Shown piece after piece: positions 54,372 through 64,000 of a stretch of DNA of 64,000 nt. The position numbers and the translations under genes are program-made. Positions within the stretch are counted from its first letter, which is position 1. Each line of letters opens with the position of its first letter. Source of the stretch: a virus; IMG/VR virus record IMGVR_UViG_3300017991_000012, positions 1 to 64,000 of that record; one strand, given 5' to 3'. The notes under the pieces are model-generated. The model saw only the letters and a program-made list of their open reading frames with translations. It was not told where the DNA came from and searched no databases.

Positions 54372-55429
54372 GGTCCTCTGTAGCCGCCAATCCTATGCGT
54401 CTCGGCCGTCACATTGCTTCCATCTGGCTGCGTCAGATCTTTTCTGAACAGCTCCACATCCGTTCCGCGTTCGTAATACACAGCCTGCCATGGTGTCTGC
54501 GTTCTATCCACGGCAATATCCATCTCCGTCCGTTTCTGGATTGTGGTCTGATTCGCGGCCGTCGCGTAGGAGGCAGCTACCAATGTCCTTGCCTCCATCT
54601 CGGCATTTGTCGGCCCGTCGTACGTATTCAAAGCTGACGAGCACTGCGCCAGCACATCTGCGGAGGATACGTTGTTCAATGCCGCGATCAGCCCAGGAAC
54701 AGTCGTTCCCGTGTCCTCAAGAATGGCCGCGACATTCGTTCCAACCGTGCCTGCCACAACCGCAGAATTGACCGCACTTGCGATCGCTGCCAGCGTTGCA
54801 GTCGCATCTCCCTCATTGATCAGGAACTCTTCAACCTTGGCCGAAATCGCAGCGAGCAACGCCGTGGCATCACCCTCGTCCAGCATCATCGCTTCCAGCT
54901 TTGTTCCAATGGCCGTGAGCGCCGTGTTGTTCGGCGCATTGACCAAGTCCATCTGTGCGCCTGCAGCTGCCGCCGTCTTGGCCGCGTCGTAGTCGCTGTG
55001 CAGCGTGATTGACCCGTCGGATAGGGATGCTTCTAGCGCTGCCGTGGCCGCAAGAGCCGCGCTATTCGTGCCGCGCATGTATCGGTTCTCAATGGAGAAT
55101 GAACCTATCCACGCATTGACGGTCTGCCCGTTAATCGTCACGCCTTCGATTCGGACAGCATAATTTGATCCAGTAACCCAAAAATCGGCAACTGTATCAT
55201 CAGAGGTATCAATTACGACTAGGTGATTCCCGGTAATGCCATCATAATCAATAGACACAGTTACTCCGGCTGCGTTATTTCTCTGCGTCAAACCGCCATC
55301 TTTATGGATGTGAACGTCCGTATTTGCGAAATCCGTAATCGTACAGGATGCACCATCAGAATCGAAGGTGTTAAATGGGACTTCGATTGTGTCATTTTCG
55401 TTTATGTTGCCAAGATATGGAACTGGCAT
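54368..55429 (-). CDS. virion-associated fibre/decoration-like protein
   Basis: Ig-like N-terminus and Ala-rich helical stalk. Confidence 0.55.
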   Translation of the reverse strand: MPVPYLGNINENDTIEVPFNTFDSDGASCTITDFANTDVHIHKDGGLTQRNNAAGVTVSIDYDGITGNHLVVIDTSDDTVADFWVTGSNYAVRIEGVTINGQTVNAWIGSFSIENRYMRGTNSAALAATAALEASLSDGSITLHSDYDAAKTAAAAGAQMDLVNAPNNTALTAIGTKLEAMMLDEGDATALLAAISAKVEEFLINEGDATATLAAIASAVNSAVVAGTVGTNVAAILEDTGTTVPGLIAALNNVSSADVLAQCSSALNTYDGPTNAEMEARTLVAASYATAANQTTIQKRTEMDIAVDRTQTPWQAVYYERGTDVELFRKDLTQPDGSNVTAETHRIGGYRGP

Positions 55430-55444
55430 CGTCTTGCTCCTGTC

Positions 55445-56599
55445 CTATCCAAATGGCCCAACTAATGGACCAGATCCGCCGCCGGTATCTATTAGGTTGC
55501 TGCCTTCTACCGCGCCGATACTCGGCGTGGTTGCGTGGCGTGGCTTGCCAAAGTAATCGTAATCACAGCTTGCGTCCATGCCCGCGTGGTACAGGCTGCT
55601 GTCTTCGGTGATCCCGAAAATGGGATAGTAGTTGCCGTTCGCGTTATCGCGGTGCCAGGACAAATCGTCGCGCGTCTGACTTGGCAAATTACCAGATCCG
55701 GTCGACCAGTTGCCGTTAGTGCAAGACGTATCATCGGCTGCGTTGTTGTAGCCGGTTGCGTTGCCGTGATTGACCCAGGCGTCGCTGCCGCCGCTGAAAG
55801 CTACGCAGTTCCTGAACGTCGCAGTTTCGTTTCCCACGTTGATGTTTTGCGGGTTCGCCCTGGCAAAGGTGCAGTGATCGAATTGCGCATTTGCTCCGCC
55901 GTCAACCCGTAGGTTGTAGCTCTTCGTGTTGCACAAAACCGTGTTGCGAACCGTGAGTGATCCGGTCGTGTTTACATACAGGCAGTAATTCCCGCCCTGG
56001 AAGTAACACATATCCACAACAAGCGTCCCGTTGGAGAAGGTGAGTTGTGTCGGCGCCCCAGCGTCATTTGTGCCGACAATACCCACGCCTTTGATTTCCA
56101 AACTGGCGCCGTCAAGATCGCCACGGCAGTCCACCATACCGTATGAATCATCCTGCATGGTGACGTCCATGGCCATGCCGTACAAATTGCACTTCGGGCC
56201 GGCGTCCGCGCCGATGTCGTTCATTTTCTCGTTTAGCCAATCGGTTGACCGGCTCTGGTCTGAATACCACAGCAAAATGCTATCGCCTGCGCTGCATCCT
56301 GCTTTCGCCAACGTCGGCGTGTTGTACTGATAGATTGTACTCTGGCGTTGGGGCGTGCATTCGTCGTCCGTGCTCCAGCCGCTGGCGTCGGATACCGTAA
56401 TCTCGAAAGACCCGTCCGACTGCTCGCCGCCGATGGCTGTAATCTGCTGGCTGGACGAATCGGTCACGTTGGCGACATAATCGCCAACCTCGAAAAGCTC
56501 CTCCCAGACACCGCGCCGCCAATCGCCCTCGGCCCAGGAAATCACGTTCCCGGTTACCGTGACGGCTGCTGGGTTGCCTGCGATACGGTCGTCTGCCAT
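55445..56599 (-). CDS. right-handed beta-helix (pectin-lyase-like) protein
   Basis: Repeated V.N.V, F.HCTF, F.NCV turns; D.FG.PR....SIGA.E C-terminal motif. Confidence 0.7.
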   Translation of the reverse strand: MADDRIAGNPAAVTVTGNVISWAEGDWRRGVWEELFEVGDYVANVTDSSSQQITAIGGEQSDGSFEITVSDASGWSTDDECTPQRQSTIYQYNTPTLAKAGCSAGDSILLWYSDQSRSTDWLNEKMNDIGADAGPKCNLYGMAMDVTMQDDSYGMVDCRGDLDGASLEIKGVGIVGTNDAGAPTQLTFSNGTLVVDMCYFQGGNYCLYVNTTGSLTVRNTVLCNTKSYNLRVDGGANAQFDHCTFARANPQNINVGNETATFRNCVAFSGGSDAWVNHGNATGYNNAADDTSCTNGNWSTGSGNLPSQTRDDLSWHRDNANGNYYPIFGITEDSSLYHAGMDASCDYDYFGKPRHATTPSIGAVEGSNLIDTGGGSGPLVGPFG

Positions 56600-56602
56600 T
56601 GT

Positions 56603-56893
56603 TTACGGTTCCAGTTGTTCCTGAATCAGTCCGCGCCTGCGGGCTTCTTTTTCCAGTGCGGCCTCGCCCACGTCCTGCAGGTCAAGCGCTTCCGTGTCCG
56701 TGACCAGGGCGCGGTTGATTGCGCTGGCCTGCACAACGTAGCGCCCCACATGGACCTGACGGTCGTCCTCTTCCGGCTGCAGGTCCTCGGTCGTGACGAT
56801 CTCGAAATCTGCAAGGACGCCCGGCATCCACTTGATACCGTGCGGCTTGGCTTGGATGAATTTGCCGTCCCGAAAGCAGGCGTCGTATTTCAT
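56603..56893 (-). CDS. hypothetical protein
   Basis: ORF with RBS. Confidence 0.55.
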   Translation of the reverse strand: MKYDACFRDGKFIQAKPHGIKWMPGVLADFEIVTTEDLQPEEDDRQVHVGRYVVQASAINRALVTDTEALDLQDVGEAALEKEARRRGLIQEQLEP

Positions 56894-56927
56894 GCCTCGC
56901 CTTTCATCTTCCCTGCCTTGCGAATCG

Positions 56928-57401
56928 CTATGCCATTGCCACGTTTCCATTCAAGGCCAGGTTGCCCATGATCTCACGGATCTTCTTCGGCCTGTTCGAG
57001 TTGAACCAGAAGTCCAGAGTCCCGGTGTCATTTGCCGCCTTCTCCCGCTGTTCCTCTTCGCGCACGTAGAAAAAGAACGGCACGTTCGACAGCTCGCTGT
57101 GGATCCACTCGCGAAAGCTCCGTGCGCCGTTGCCGACGGTGCTCATTTCGACCAGGATGCAGCTGACGTCCTTCGGATCTGTTACCTGCAAGTACTTCAT
57201 CGCATCGGCCATACCGGGAAAGCTCATTACGCGCCGGCCGGCACTCAGGACCACGACTTGTAGAAAATCACGAAATTCCTGATTGCTGTCTATAATCAGG
57301 AAAATCCCACTCGGCCTTGCCGCGATTCTCAGCGTCCTGCTCGTCTTGATGTAGGCCTGTGCCGCATCCATTTCCCTCTGCTGCATCTCTTTGAGATTCA
57401 T
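56928..57401 (-). CDS. degenerate response-regulator receiver-like protein
   Basis: FLIIDSN..FR..L, A..YL, CILVEMS...NG, NVPFFFY. Confidence 0.6.
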   Translation of the reverse strand: MNLKEMQQREMDAAQAYIKTSRTLRIAARPSGIFLIIDSNQEFRDFLQVVVLSAGRRVMSFPGMADAMKYLQVTDPKDVSCILVEMSTVGNGARSFREWIHSELSNVPFFFYVREEEQREKAANDTGTLDFWFNSNRPKKIREIMGNLALNGNVAMA

Positions 57402-57676
57402 GGTCGGCCTGTCCTTTCGCAAATCTCTACAGCCTTCTCTACCCTCGTCAGAAGCGGCTCGACCCGCTGCTGTATATCGAGATTCGATTGCTGCAATTTG
57501 AGGTTTTCGCTCAGGATGTCGATGAACTGATTGTGCCTGTTTTCCAGCAGATTCGACACGTCCTTCATGTATTGCTTCTTGTCGCGCCAAAGCCAGTAGA
57601 TTACCAACATGAGAATTGCAGACAGCCCCCATCCGCCGTTTGAAGCCAGGAAATCAGTCAAGGTCTGCAGGTCCAT
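57398..57676 (-). CDS. BhlA/UviB-like holin-like protein
   Basis: G..G.SA..MLVIYWLW TM helix followed by a coiled coil. Confidence 0.6.
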   Translation of the reverse strand: MDLQTLTDFLASNGGWGLSAILMLVIYWLWRDKKQYMKDVSNLLENRHNQFIDILSENLKLQQSNLDIQQRVEPLLTRVEKAVEICERTGRP

Positions 57677-57735
57677 GGTGTCTCCTTCGCTATAGCCGTA
57701 TTGTATTTTTCACCAGGACCGTTTTCAACAAGCAC

Positions 57736-58308
57736 TTACCAGAACCATTCCCGGCTGTAGTGATGATAGACGTACAACCCGTCCAGTCTGAGCATTTTGA
57801 AGCCGTGGTTGCGGATCCGCACATGATAGTCGTTATCCACACCCAGGAAGCCATCCTTGAACCCGCCGACCTTGCGCCAGACCATCTTATTCGTCAGCAT
57901 GAAGAACCCGCTGCCCAGATCCTTCCCCATATCCGTGATGTCCGTCACCTGCACGCCGTTCTCGTCCCACAGCTTCTTCGCGAACTGCCGGTGTTCTTCG
58001 ATGTCATTCGACTCAGGCGCATCCGGATGCTTCTGCTCTGTGCGTCCGATCCTATTCGTCCAGCACGTTATCCATCCAGCCTCGTTGCCATGGAACCTTA
58101 TTGCGTCCAGGCAGATCTCGTACCAATTCGGATTGCAGAGAAATACATCCTGATCCAGGAACAGCACCCAATCGTCTGCGTTCTCCATGTATCGATTGTA
58201 TGCCTGGCCGACCTCGCCTCCAGGCTCGTATGGGATGTTGGTGTCGATGAACAGACCGTCGTCTATCTTGTGCTCGGCCAGCTTCTGCAGGTTGTCTTTG
58301 TGGTTCAT
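57736..58308 (-). CDS. glycosyltransferase (GT2-like)
   Basis: AYN, WVLFLDQD, W.KVGGF..GF.G.D.DY..R, VYH. Confidence 0.88.
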   Translation of the reverse strand: MNHKDNLQKLAEHKIDDGLFIDTNIPYEPGGEVGQAYNRYMENADDWVLFLDQDVFLCNPNWYEICLDAIRFHGNEAGWITCWTNRIGRTEQKHPDAPESNDIEEHRQFAKKLWDENGVQVTDITDMGKDLGSGFFMLTNKMVWRKVGGFKDGFLGVDNDYHVRIRNHGFKMLRLDGLYVYHHYSREWFW

Positions 58309-58913
58309 AGTATCCTCGCTTTGATTTCGAATTCACCAGCCAGCGGCGGTAGAAACTCACCATCTTGCTTCGGCCCATTCGCCGGATCGTGGAACACGGT
58401 ATCGATCGGCGCATCCTCGAATACGACCTCCGCATGTGCTGTGTTCATGATCGGCTTCAGCTTGCTGATTTCGACCTTGTGCTGAACCCCGCTCTTTTTC
58501 ATCGCACGCAGTACGTCATCGACCAATACCGGCGCCGTGTGTCCGGTCCATTTCGTCCAGGCGAACCGCAGCCCGAACTCCACCAGCCGCAGCTCGTCAT
58601 CGCTGAAGTTCGGTATCCTGATCCAGACCATGTTCGTCGACGCACGCATCATGTTCTCGACAATCTGTCTTGCGTCATCGACGCTCGGAACATGCTCCAG
58701 AAAATGGAACGCCAGGTACGTGCTGGCTTCGATCAGATCCGTCTGTCCATCCACCGGGCAGCAGAGAAAATGATAGCCCTTGTGCTGAATGGTCTGCTCG
58801 TACTCACGCTTGCAGTCTATTGCCAGACAGGCCTCAGGCGAGTAGCCAAACTGCTTGCACGCCATATCCATCGCGTTGCCGTTTTTGCATCCAAGATCCA
58901 CTGCGCTCAGCAT
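58305..58913 (-). CDS. class I SAM methyltransferase
   Basis: VDLGCKNG, HFLEHVP. Confidence 0.8.
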   Translation of the reverse strand: MLSAVDLGCKNGNAMDMACKQFGYSPEACLAIDCKREYEQTIQHKGYHFLCCPVDGQTDLIEASTYLAFHFLEHVPSVDDARQIVENMMRASTNMVWIRIPNFSDDELRLVEFGLRFAWTKWTGHTAPVLVDDVLRAMKKSGVQHKVEISKLKPIMNTAHAEVVFEDAPIDTVFHDPANGPKQDGEFLPPLAGEFEIKARIL

Positions 58914-59485
58914 TGCACGACCTCCGGATTGACAATCACCTCATCGTGTCCAAAGTCTGCGAGACCGAATCTCGCATCCTGCTTACCCTTCCACGCGATC
59001 ACGCCAAGACTGATTGGTTCTACATCCGTTGGATAGCCGTGCTCGAACACCTCGACCTTGAACCACGGCTGAATCTCCATCAGATTCCTGAGCTTGGTCG
59101 CGTCGTACAGCGCCTTGTGTAGCTGCTGATCTGAGTAGCGCATGTGCTTCTTGGCCAGCCCGTGCGTGGCCAGGAATACGTTCTGTAGTGGCATCATGCC
59201 GCCGAGATATAGCGCTGCCACGTGCTTGAAGTTCGGAATTCCGGCAAGCACCAGTCTCCCACACGCGCCCAGAGCCTGATAGCAGCTGCCGACAAAACCA
59301 ACGGCTTTGCTGTCCGTCAGGTGTTCCAGGAAAGCATAGCCGAAGATCGCGCTCGCACTGCCCTTCTGTACAAATCCCAGCACATCACTGCAGTCAGCCA
59401 CCAGATCAGCTGCGTCGGTCGGTCTGATGTCGACGTTCATAAAGCCAGCAATCGGCCTGTTTCCGCATCCGACGTTGATCTTCAT
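58907..59485 (-). CDS. class I SAM methyltransferase
   Basis: KINVGCG...GFMNVDI, FLEHL. Confidence 0.85.
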   Translation of the reverse strand: MKINVGCGNRPIAGFMNVDIRPTDAADLVADCSDVLGFVQKGSASAIFGYAFLEHLTDSKAVGFVGSCYQALGACGRLVLAGIPNFKHVAALYLGGMMPLQNVFLATHGLAKKHMRYSDQQLHKALYDATKLRNLMEIQPWFKVEVFEHGYPTDVEPISLGVIAWKGKQDARFGLADFGHDEVIVNPEVVQC

Positions 59486-60183
59486 CCTTGCTCTCCGAAC
59501 ATGTTGACCAGCTTCAGCTTATCCCAATCCATATTGGGATCGCGGAACATGCCCCGGCTTTTGAATCCTGCGTAGCCGTCCCACATGCTGCCGCAGTCGA
59601 TCATCGTGATCTTGTCACCAATCAGCGGCCACAGCCTGTGCTGCAGGACATTGGTCATCATGCTGCTGCTGAACAGGATCACCTCGCACCACTTGCACGC
59701 ATCCAGTACTCGCTTGAACACGCCATCGACCTTCTTGAAGCAGTCGACCTTCGGCACGTCAATCAGCTGCTCGAACTCCAGGCTGCTGGTTCCAAGATGC
59801 ATCGGCCCGACCACGAGCACGCGCTTGGTTTTCAGCGCCTTGACGAACGGCCACAGCCTGCCCTTGATATTCGCCTTATGCAGGCAGTCGCTGTCGTACC
59901 ACGCCCTGTCGATCTTGTTCACTGCAAGGTAATCCATCAGTGCAACATTCAGATCCTTCACGGCCTTGCGCTGCATGCCCCAGATCACGCCATCGTCGCT
60001 GCATACAGCCTCTTCAAGCGCCAGCTTCAACTCCGGCATGTACTGGTGGCCATCACAGTTCTTTCCGCCGTATCCAAGAATGCACCGCCACTCGCCGTCT
60101 CCGTACCGGACAAACGTAAACGGCTTCCCTTTCTCCAGCTTTTTCACCAGCTCCAGCACATTCAAACTGTTCACCTGTACCAT
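59482..60183 (-). CDS. GT-D fold (DUF1792-like) glycosyltransferase
   Basis: FVRYGDGE, VLVVGP, IDCGS.WD. Confidence 0.82.
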   Translation of the reverse strand: MVQVNSLNVLELVKKLEKGKPFTFVRYGDGEWRCILGYGGKNCDGHQYMPELKLALEEAVCSDDGVIWGMQRKAVKDLNVALMDYLAVNKIDRAWYDSDCLHKANIKGRLWPFVKALKTKRVLVVGPMHLGTSSLEFEQLIDVPKVDCFKKVDGVFKRVLDACKWCEVILFSSSMMTNVLQHRLWPLIGDKITMIDCGSMWDGYAGFKSRGMFRDPNMDWDKLKLVNMFGEQG

Positions 60184-60185
60184 CG

Positions 60186-60689
60186 TCAGTCCTTTTTATA
60201 CCAAGGCTTGAACGCCAGCATCTTTTCAATTTCTGGAAATTGACCAGTGAACATCTGGCAGCGATCATCCAGTGAGTAGAAAGCTGGTGGTTTCGCACGC
60301 GGGAATTGGATCTTGTCCACGATCAGCCTTGCAGCATACCGAACCTCATCCGTCCACTGATCGGCAAAGGCCGTCTCGGCGATGATGCTACGCCACCACT
60401 CTGGCGTCTCGTCGTATTCACACGCATAGTCGCAGTACCACTTGAGCAACCAGGTCCTCATGGCCCAGCGCCCAAACAAGAACTTGCTTCTGCTGCTATA
60501 GATCGCTGGCTGCACATATGGCGATCTTGCAAGCATAGCAAGCCATTCGAGTGCGCCAGCAACCGGAATATCTGGTATCGTCCGCGGTCCCTGCCATCCG
60601 CTGGTGTAGCTATGGATCACGCCGTCGAAGTCAATGCAAATGATCGGCGTGAACTTGGGCACCTCCTGTCCTTTGTTTTCGTTCACCAT
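60186..60689 (-). CDS. HAD-family phosphatase-like protein
   Basis: ICIDFDGVIH, KPPA...LDDR. Confidence 0.85.
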   Translation of the reverse strand: MVNENKGQEVPKFTPIICIDFDGVIHSYTSGWQGPRTIPDIPVAGALEWLAMLARSPYVQPAIYSSRSKFLFGRWAMRTWLLKWYCDYACEYDETPEWWRSIIAETAFADQWTDEVRYAARLIVDKIQFPRAKPPAFYSLDDRCQMFTGQFPEIEKMLAFKPWYKKD

Positions 60690-60701
60690 CGCCCGGCCTC
60701 C

Positions 60702-61544
60702 TCAGTCCTCGATCAGTATGTCCAAGATGTTTGCACGCTCCTCAATCTTGATAGCGTCCACGACCTCAAGCGTGTCGCAGCTGATCTTGAATATCGCAAT
60801 CTGCCTGGGCCAACTACGCTCGTTGCGCTTCCCCCTGTGGCTCCCCCCAACATAGAAATGGTCCTTGTACTCGACCAGTCCGCGAAGGTATCGTCCCTCC
60901 AGATCTATCTTGCGATATACCTCACCTGTATCCCTCTTCTGACACACCATTTGACCAGTTCCACTGCTGAGCGAAAACATATCGTTTCCGCGCACAAGAA
61001 CGTTATGCCCGCGATCTCCAACGTCGCGATATATTCGCCAGATCTTGATCTCTCCAGCAAGCAGTCTTGGTAAATCGAGTACGGCAATGAAGCTCGGCCC
61101 GTGGTTGTGGCAGTACACATACAGCCCTTCCTCCCAAATGCACATGCTGTTGATGTGGTTCACGTCCTGTGCTTTGCCGCCTGGAATTCCGAAGTCGATC
61201 TTGATCTTCTCGTGCTTTCCATTCTGAACGTCGGTCAACACAATCTCATTGCTGACGCTGGCGGTAGTCAGAATGTACGGCCCATAGCTGATGATCTGGT
61301 GCGCTCCCTGGCAGGCAGCTATCGTCAACTTGTTGCACAGCGCCATGGTCTTGTCCAGGAACAGCAGCAGCGTCGGGTCTTCCGGATTCTCACCCTGGCG
61401 CTTGGCAAATACGTACATCCCCTCGTACCTGGCAATGCCATAGATGCAATCTTCATTCGGCACCTGGCCTTTGTCGATCACAAAGTCTCGATCGTCCTCG
61501 CGAACATAGCAGTCAGTCAGCGTGCTGTACAACAGTCTCATCAT
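60702..61544 (-). CDS. beta-propeller protein (DUF4915-like)
   Basis: HQI, D.NHINS, HN, YLRGL. Confidence 0.65.
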   Translation of the reverse strand: MMRLLYSTLTDCYVREDDRDFVIDKGQVPNEDCIYGIARYEGMYVFAKRQGENPEDPTLLLFLDKTMALCNKLTIAACQGAHQIISYGPYILTTASVSNEIVLTDVQNGKHEKIKIDFGIPGGKAQDVNHINSMCIWEEGLYVYCHNHGPSFIAVLDLPRLLAGEIKIWRIYRDVGDRGHNVLVRGNDMFSLSSGTGQMVCQKRDTGEVYRKIDLEGRYLRGLVEYKDHFYVGGSHRGKRNERSWPRQIAIFKISCDTLEVVDAIKIEERANILDILIED

Positions 61545-62091
61545 CGGCCTTCCATATCATCCAGCTTGGATTCGTCCACCCGCGTACAGGATCTTCCGTC
61601 ACGTGAAAGCAGTCATGCAGGCCGTGCCTGTCTACAAACTCATTAACGGCCTGGATCACGCCGCACGTGCCCTTGACTTTGTAGTCATGGCCGGCGAGTA
61701 TGCCGCCTTTCTTCACCAGTGGCCAGTACAGCGCAATGTCCTTCTTGATGCCATCGTACCTGTGATCGGCATCGATGTAGATGAAGTCAAACGACAGGCT
61801 TTCAAACTCCATCCACGCCTGGTCGCTCCTGGCCTTGATCAACCGCGCATGCGTTGTCTCTTTCATCTTGGCAATTACATCGCAGCACATCTTCCACCTC
61901 TCGTCTCCGCTGCTGTAATGCAGGTCTTCGAAGATGTCGATTCCGATCAGTTCATCAGCCTCAGCCGCGCCAAGCAACGCCAGGCCCTCGCCCTTCCATA
62001 CCCCGACTTCCATCAACCTGCCATTCAATCCGGCCTCGCGCAGTAACTGCGGAATGTCCTTCCGATACTTGCAGGCCTTCATCAACTGCAC
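61513..62091 (-). CDS. class I SAM methyltransferase (Methyltransf_24-like)
   Basis: EVGVWKG, DFIYIDADH.Y, GGILAGHDY; start uncertain (frame open to 62190). Confidence 0.9.
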   Translation of the reverse strand: MQLMKACKYRKDIPQLLREAGLNGRLMEVGVWKGEGLALLGAAEADELIGIDIFEDLHYSSGDERWKMCCDVIAKMKETTHARLIKARSDQAWMEFESLSFDFIYIDADHRYDGIKKDIALYWPLVKKGGILAGHDYKVKGTCGVIQAVNEFVDRHGLHDCFHVTEDPVRGWTNPSWMIWKADDETVVQHAD

Positions 62092-62747
62092 TACTCGCGG
62101 CTGCCCCTCATCGGTCTTGGCGCGACGATCGACTTCGGCAGCTTTCTCCTGCTGTGCCATACTTTGATCCTTCCATGCCAATACTGCCATTTGTCCCTGA
62201 AATTCCAGCTCGCAGGCAGGACGAACGGATTGAACTCCATCTCGAATATCGCCCTCGACAGGTGCGGCTGGTCATTGGTCTCGCCACCAACGTGCTCCTC
62301 GCACAGTTCCTTCCATCTATTGAACACGCACTCGCTGTACTTGTGGTCGAAGAAGATCACGCCCGTATTGTACTGAATCCAGTCCTGGTGATCCTGCCAT
62401 CCAGGCACGCTCGCCAGGTCATAGAACGGTGCGATCGTCAGCGCCATCCCATGCAGTTCGGCCATTTTGAATCCGAAGCACAGTTCGTCACAGACAATCG
62501 TGTCGCTGTCGAGAAAGCACGTCAGATCAAACGGCGCCAGTCGGTAGATGTTGCTTGCCTTGTTCAGATGCACGCGCTGGCGATCGATCATCGTATAATG
62601 CACGACATCGAATTCCGGCCAGCTCACTTCCTCATCAGTCAGCAGCACCGTCTGGTAGCCGTATTTCTTCGCGCTTGCCGCCGATCGCCTGGCCTCAGCC
62701 AGCGACTTCTCGCCCCAGGCGTTGTAGACTATTCCTCTTGTGGGCAT
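62091..62747 (-). CDS. glycosyltransferase (GT-A, GT8-like)
   Basis: FLDSDT, YNTGVIFF, DQP.L, WN. Confidence 0.85.
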   Translation of the reverse strand: MPTRGIVYNAWGEKSLAEARRSAASAKKYGYQTVLLTDEEVSWPEFDVVHYTMIDRQRVHLNKASNIYRLAPFDLTCFLDSDTIVCDELCFGFKMAELHGMALTIAPFYDLASVPGWQDHQDWIQYNTGVIFFDHKYSECVFNRWKELCEEHVGGETNDQPHLSRAIFEMEFNPFVLPASWNFRDKWQYWHGRIKVWHSRRKLPKSIVAPRPMRGSRE

Positions 62748-63508
62748 AGATGTACCTCGCTCACATGCAAGCGCTTCAGCTCATCGCGCCTGGCCGCGTA
62801 CGTATTCAAATCAAGCCTGCGCCGTTCAAGGTACAGCGCCTGCGCCCGTTCTTCCGTCAGATGGTCCTTGAACGTCACCGCCCTATGGCTGTCGACAAAG
62901 ACGTTCAGCATCGGCGCCCGCTCAAAGCAGGCCATGCGCGTGACCTGGTCTTTGAACATCCGCATTCCAGCGACCTCGATCTGGTTCGGCGTCCTGGCCA
63001 TCGGGCAGTGGTTCAGGACCTGGATGATCGTGCTCATGCGATAGACCGTGCTGCTTACCTCCCAGCAGTACCCCCAGCTGTGACGATGGTCGAACAGGCT
63101 TGGGTTGTAACGGATGATCCCGCTCTCGTTTTCGAGTACCTGGCCGCGGATGCCGTTCTGCAGCCGGAGGCTGAAGCCAAAGGTCTCATGCTCTTTGATG
63201 CAGCTGCGCACGACCCATTCGTCCACATCCCGCGTGCACAGGTTATCGTCCACAGACAGAATCCCGACATCGCCATTGATATGCGCCCAGGTGCGCACGT
63301 GGTCGACAAGACTCTTGACCGGCTGGTCCCGGTCCTGATCGATGAATAGTGCCTGCTTGTACTTCTGCTCCAGCTCCCGGTAGCTGTCCACGTATTCGTC
63401 CGATGCCGAATACAGGACCATGACGTCAAACGGCTGCCCTCTCAGGCTCTCCAGGTAATTCCAAACCCAAAACGGACGGTTCTTGCTGAACATCAGCATC
63501 GGTATCAT
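62729..63508 (-). CDS. glycosyltransferase-like protein (GT-A)
   Basis: FSKNRP...LESL, VDDN. Confidence 0.65.
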   Translation of the reverse strand: MIPMLMFSKNRPFWVWNYLESLRGQPFDVMVLYSASDEYVDSYRELEQKYKQALFIDQDRDQPVKSLVDHVRTWAHINGDVGILSVDDNLCTRDVDEWVVRSCIKEHETFGFSLRLQNGIRGQVLENESGIIRYNPSLFDHRHSWGYCWEVSSTVYRMSTIIQVLNHCPMARTPNQIEVAGMRMFKDQVTRMACFERAPMLNVFVDSHRAVTFKDHLTEERAQALYLERRRLDLNTYAARRDELKRLHVSEVHLCPQEE

Positions 63509-64000
63509 CTGACAGCCCTCACGCCTATCGTCGGATACTGGTGCTCGATACCTTCCCATTTGTCGATCTGGCTGAAGCCAATCGCCTTCAGCACTTCTTC
63601 CATCATCTCGAACGTCCAGCCCCACTTGTGCACCGAGTATTGATCGCGTCCGCTGCAGTAGACATAGCGCATCGCCAGTTCATCCTTGCCTTCCTCAATC
63701 ATCTTTGCGCTTGCCAGCACGTCCGGAAAGTCCAGAAGCAGCTGCCCCTTCTCGATCAGGTTCTCCCAGCAGCGCTTCAGGATGTCGATCGCCTCGTGCC
63801 TGAAGAAATGCTCGATGCCCTGAACCATGACAATCTGCTCGTACGGTCCATCCTCGGTCGGGAAGAACAGCCTCAGATCCATCGGTCGATCCACAAGTCT
63901 CAGCTGACGCATCGGCACGTTGCCGAACTCGAACTTGTAGTAATTGCCTAGCGTGGTCTTCATCTGCTCCACCAGTTCCGGATTGTGACATGCGTACTTT
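63505..64000 (-). CDS. class I SAM methyltransferase, 5' truncated by window edge
   Basis: IEHF, L...G.L.L.FPD, HKWGWT; frame is open to the edge. Confidence 0.75.
   Translation of the reverse strand, partial: KYACHNPELVEQMKTTLGNYYKFEFGNVPMRQLRLVDRPMDLRLFFPTEDGPYEQIVMVQGIEHFFRHEAIDILKRCWENLIEKGQLLLDFPDVLASAKMIEEGKDELAMRYVYCSGRDQYSVHKWGWTFEMMEEVLKAIGFSQIDKWEGIEHQYPTIGVRAVR

Overview
This window is most of a tailed dsDNA phage genome, probably siphovirus-like: it has a tape measure and major tail protein, and no sheath is visible. Every credible gene is on the minus strand. In transcription order (high to low coordinate) it contains: (1) a glycosyltransferase/methyltransferase cluster (57.7-64 kb); (2) head-tail joining, tail and fibre genes with holin-like and lipoprotein genes (38.9-57.7 kb); (3) a non-coding array of 18 units with an exact 37-bp period (38154-38819); (4) small early genes behind strong sigma70-type promoters (33.5-38.1 kb); (5) a regulatory region with a structured small RNA, plus recombination genes (28.5-33.4 kb); (6) replication and accessory genes (10.8-28.5 kb); (7) a methyltransferase-like gene, ParB and a degenerate tRNA-Gln (7.9-10.8 kb); (8) a second block of early-type genes with a truncated beta clamp (2.7-7.8 kb); (9) the large terminase. 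No capsid, portal, integrase or endolysin was recognised in the window. The two most notable observations are the 37-bp array and a ~130-nt RNA (31522-31654) whose 19-nt loop is complementary to a conserved 5' leader and Shine-Dalgarno shared by four distant early operons and by its own 5' end. All protein calls come from motif recognition by eye; no database searches were run.
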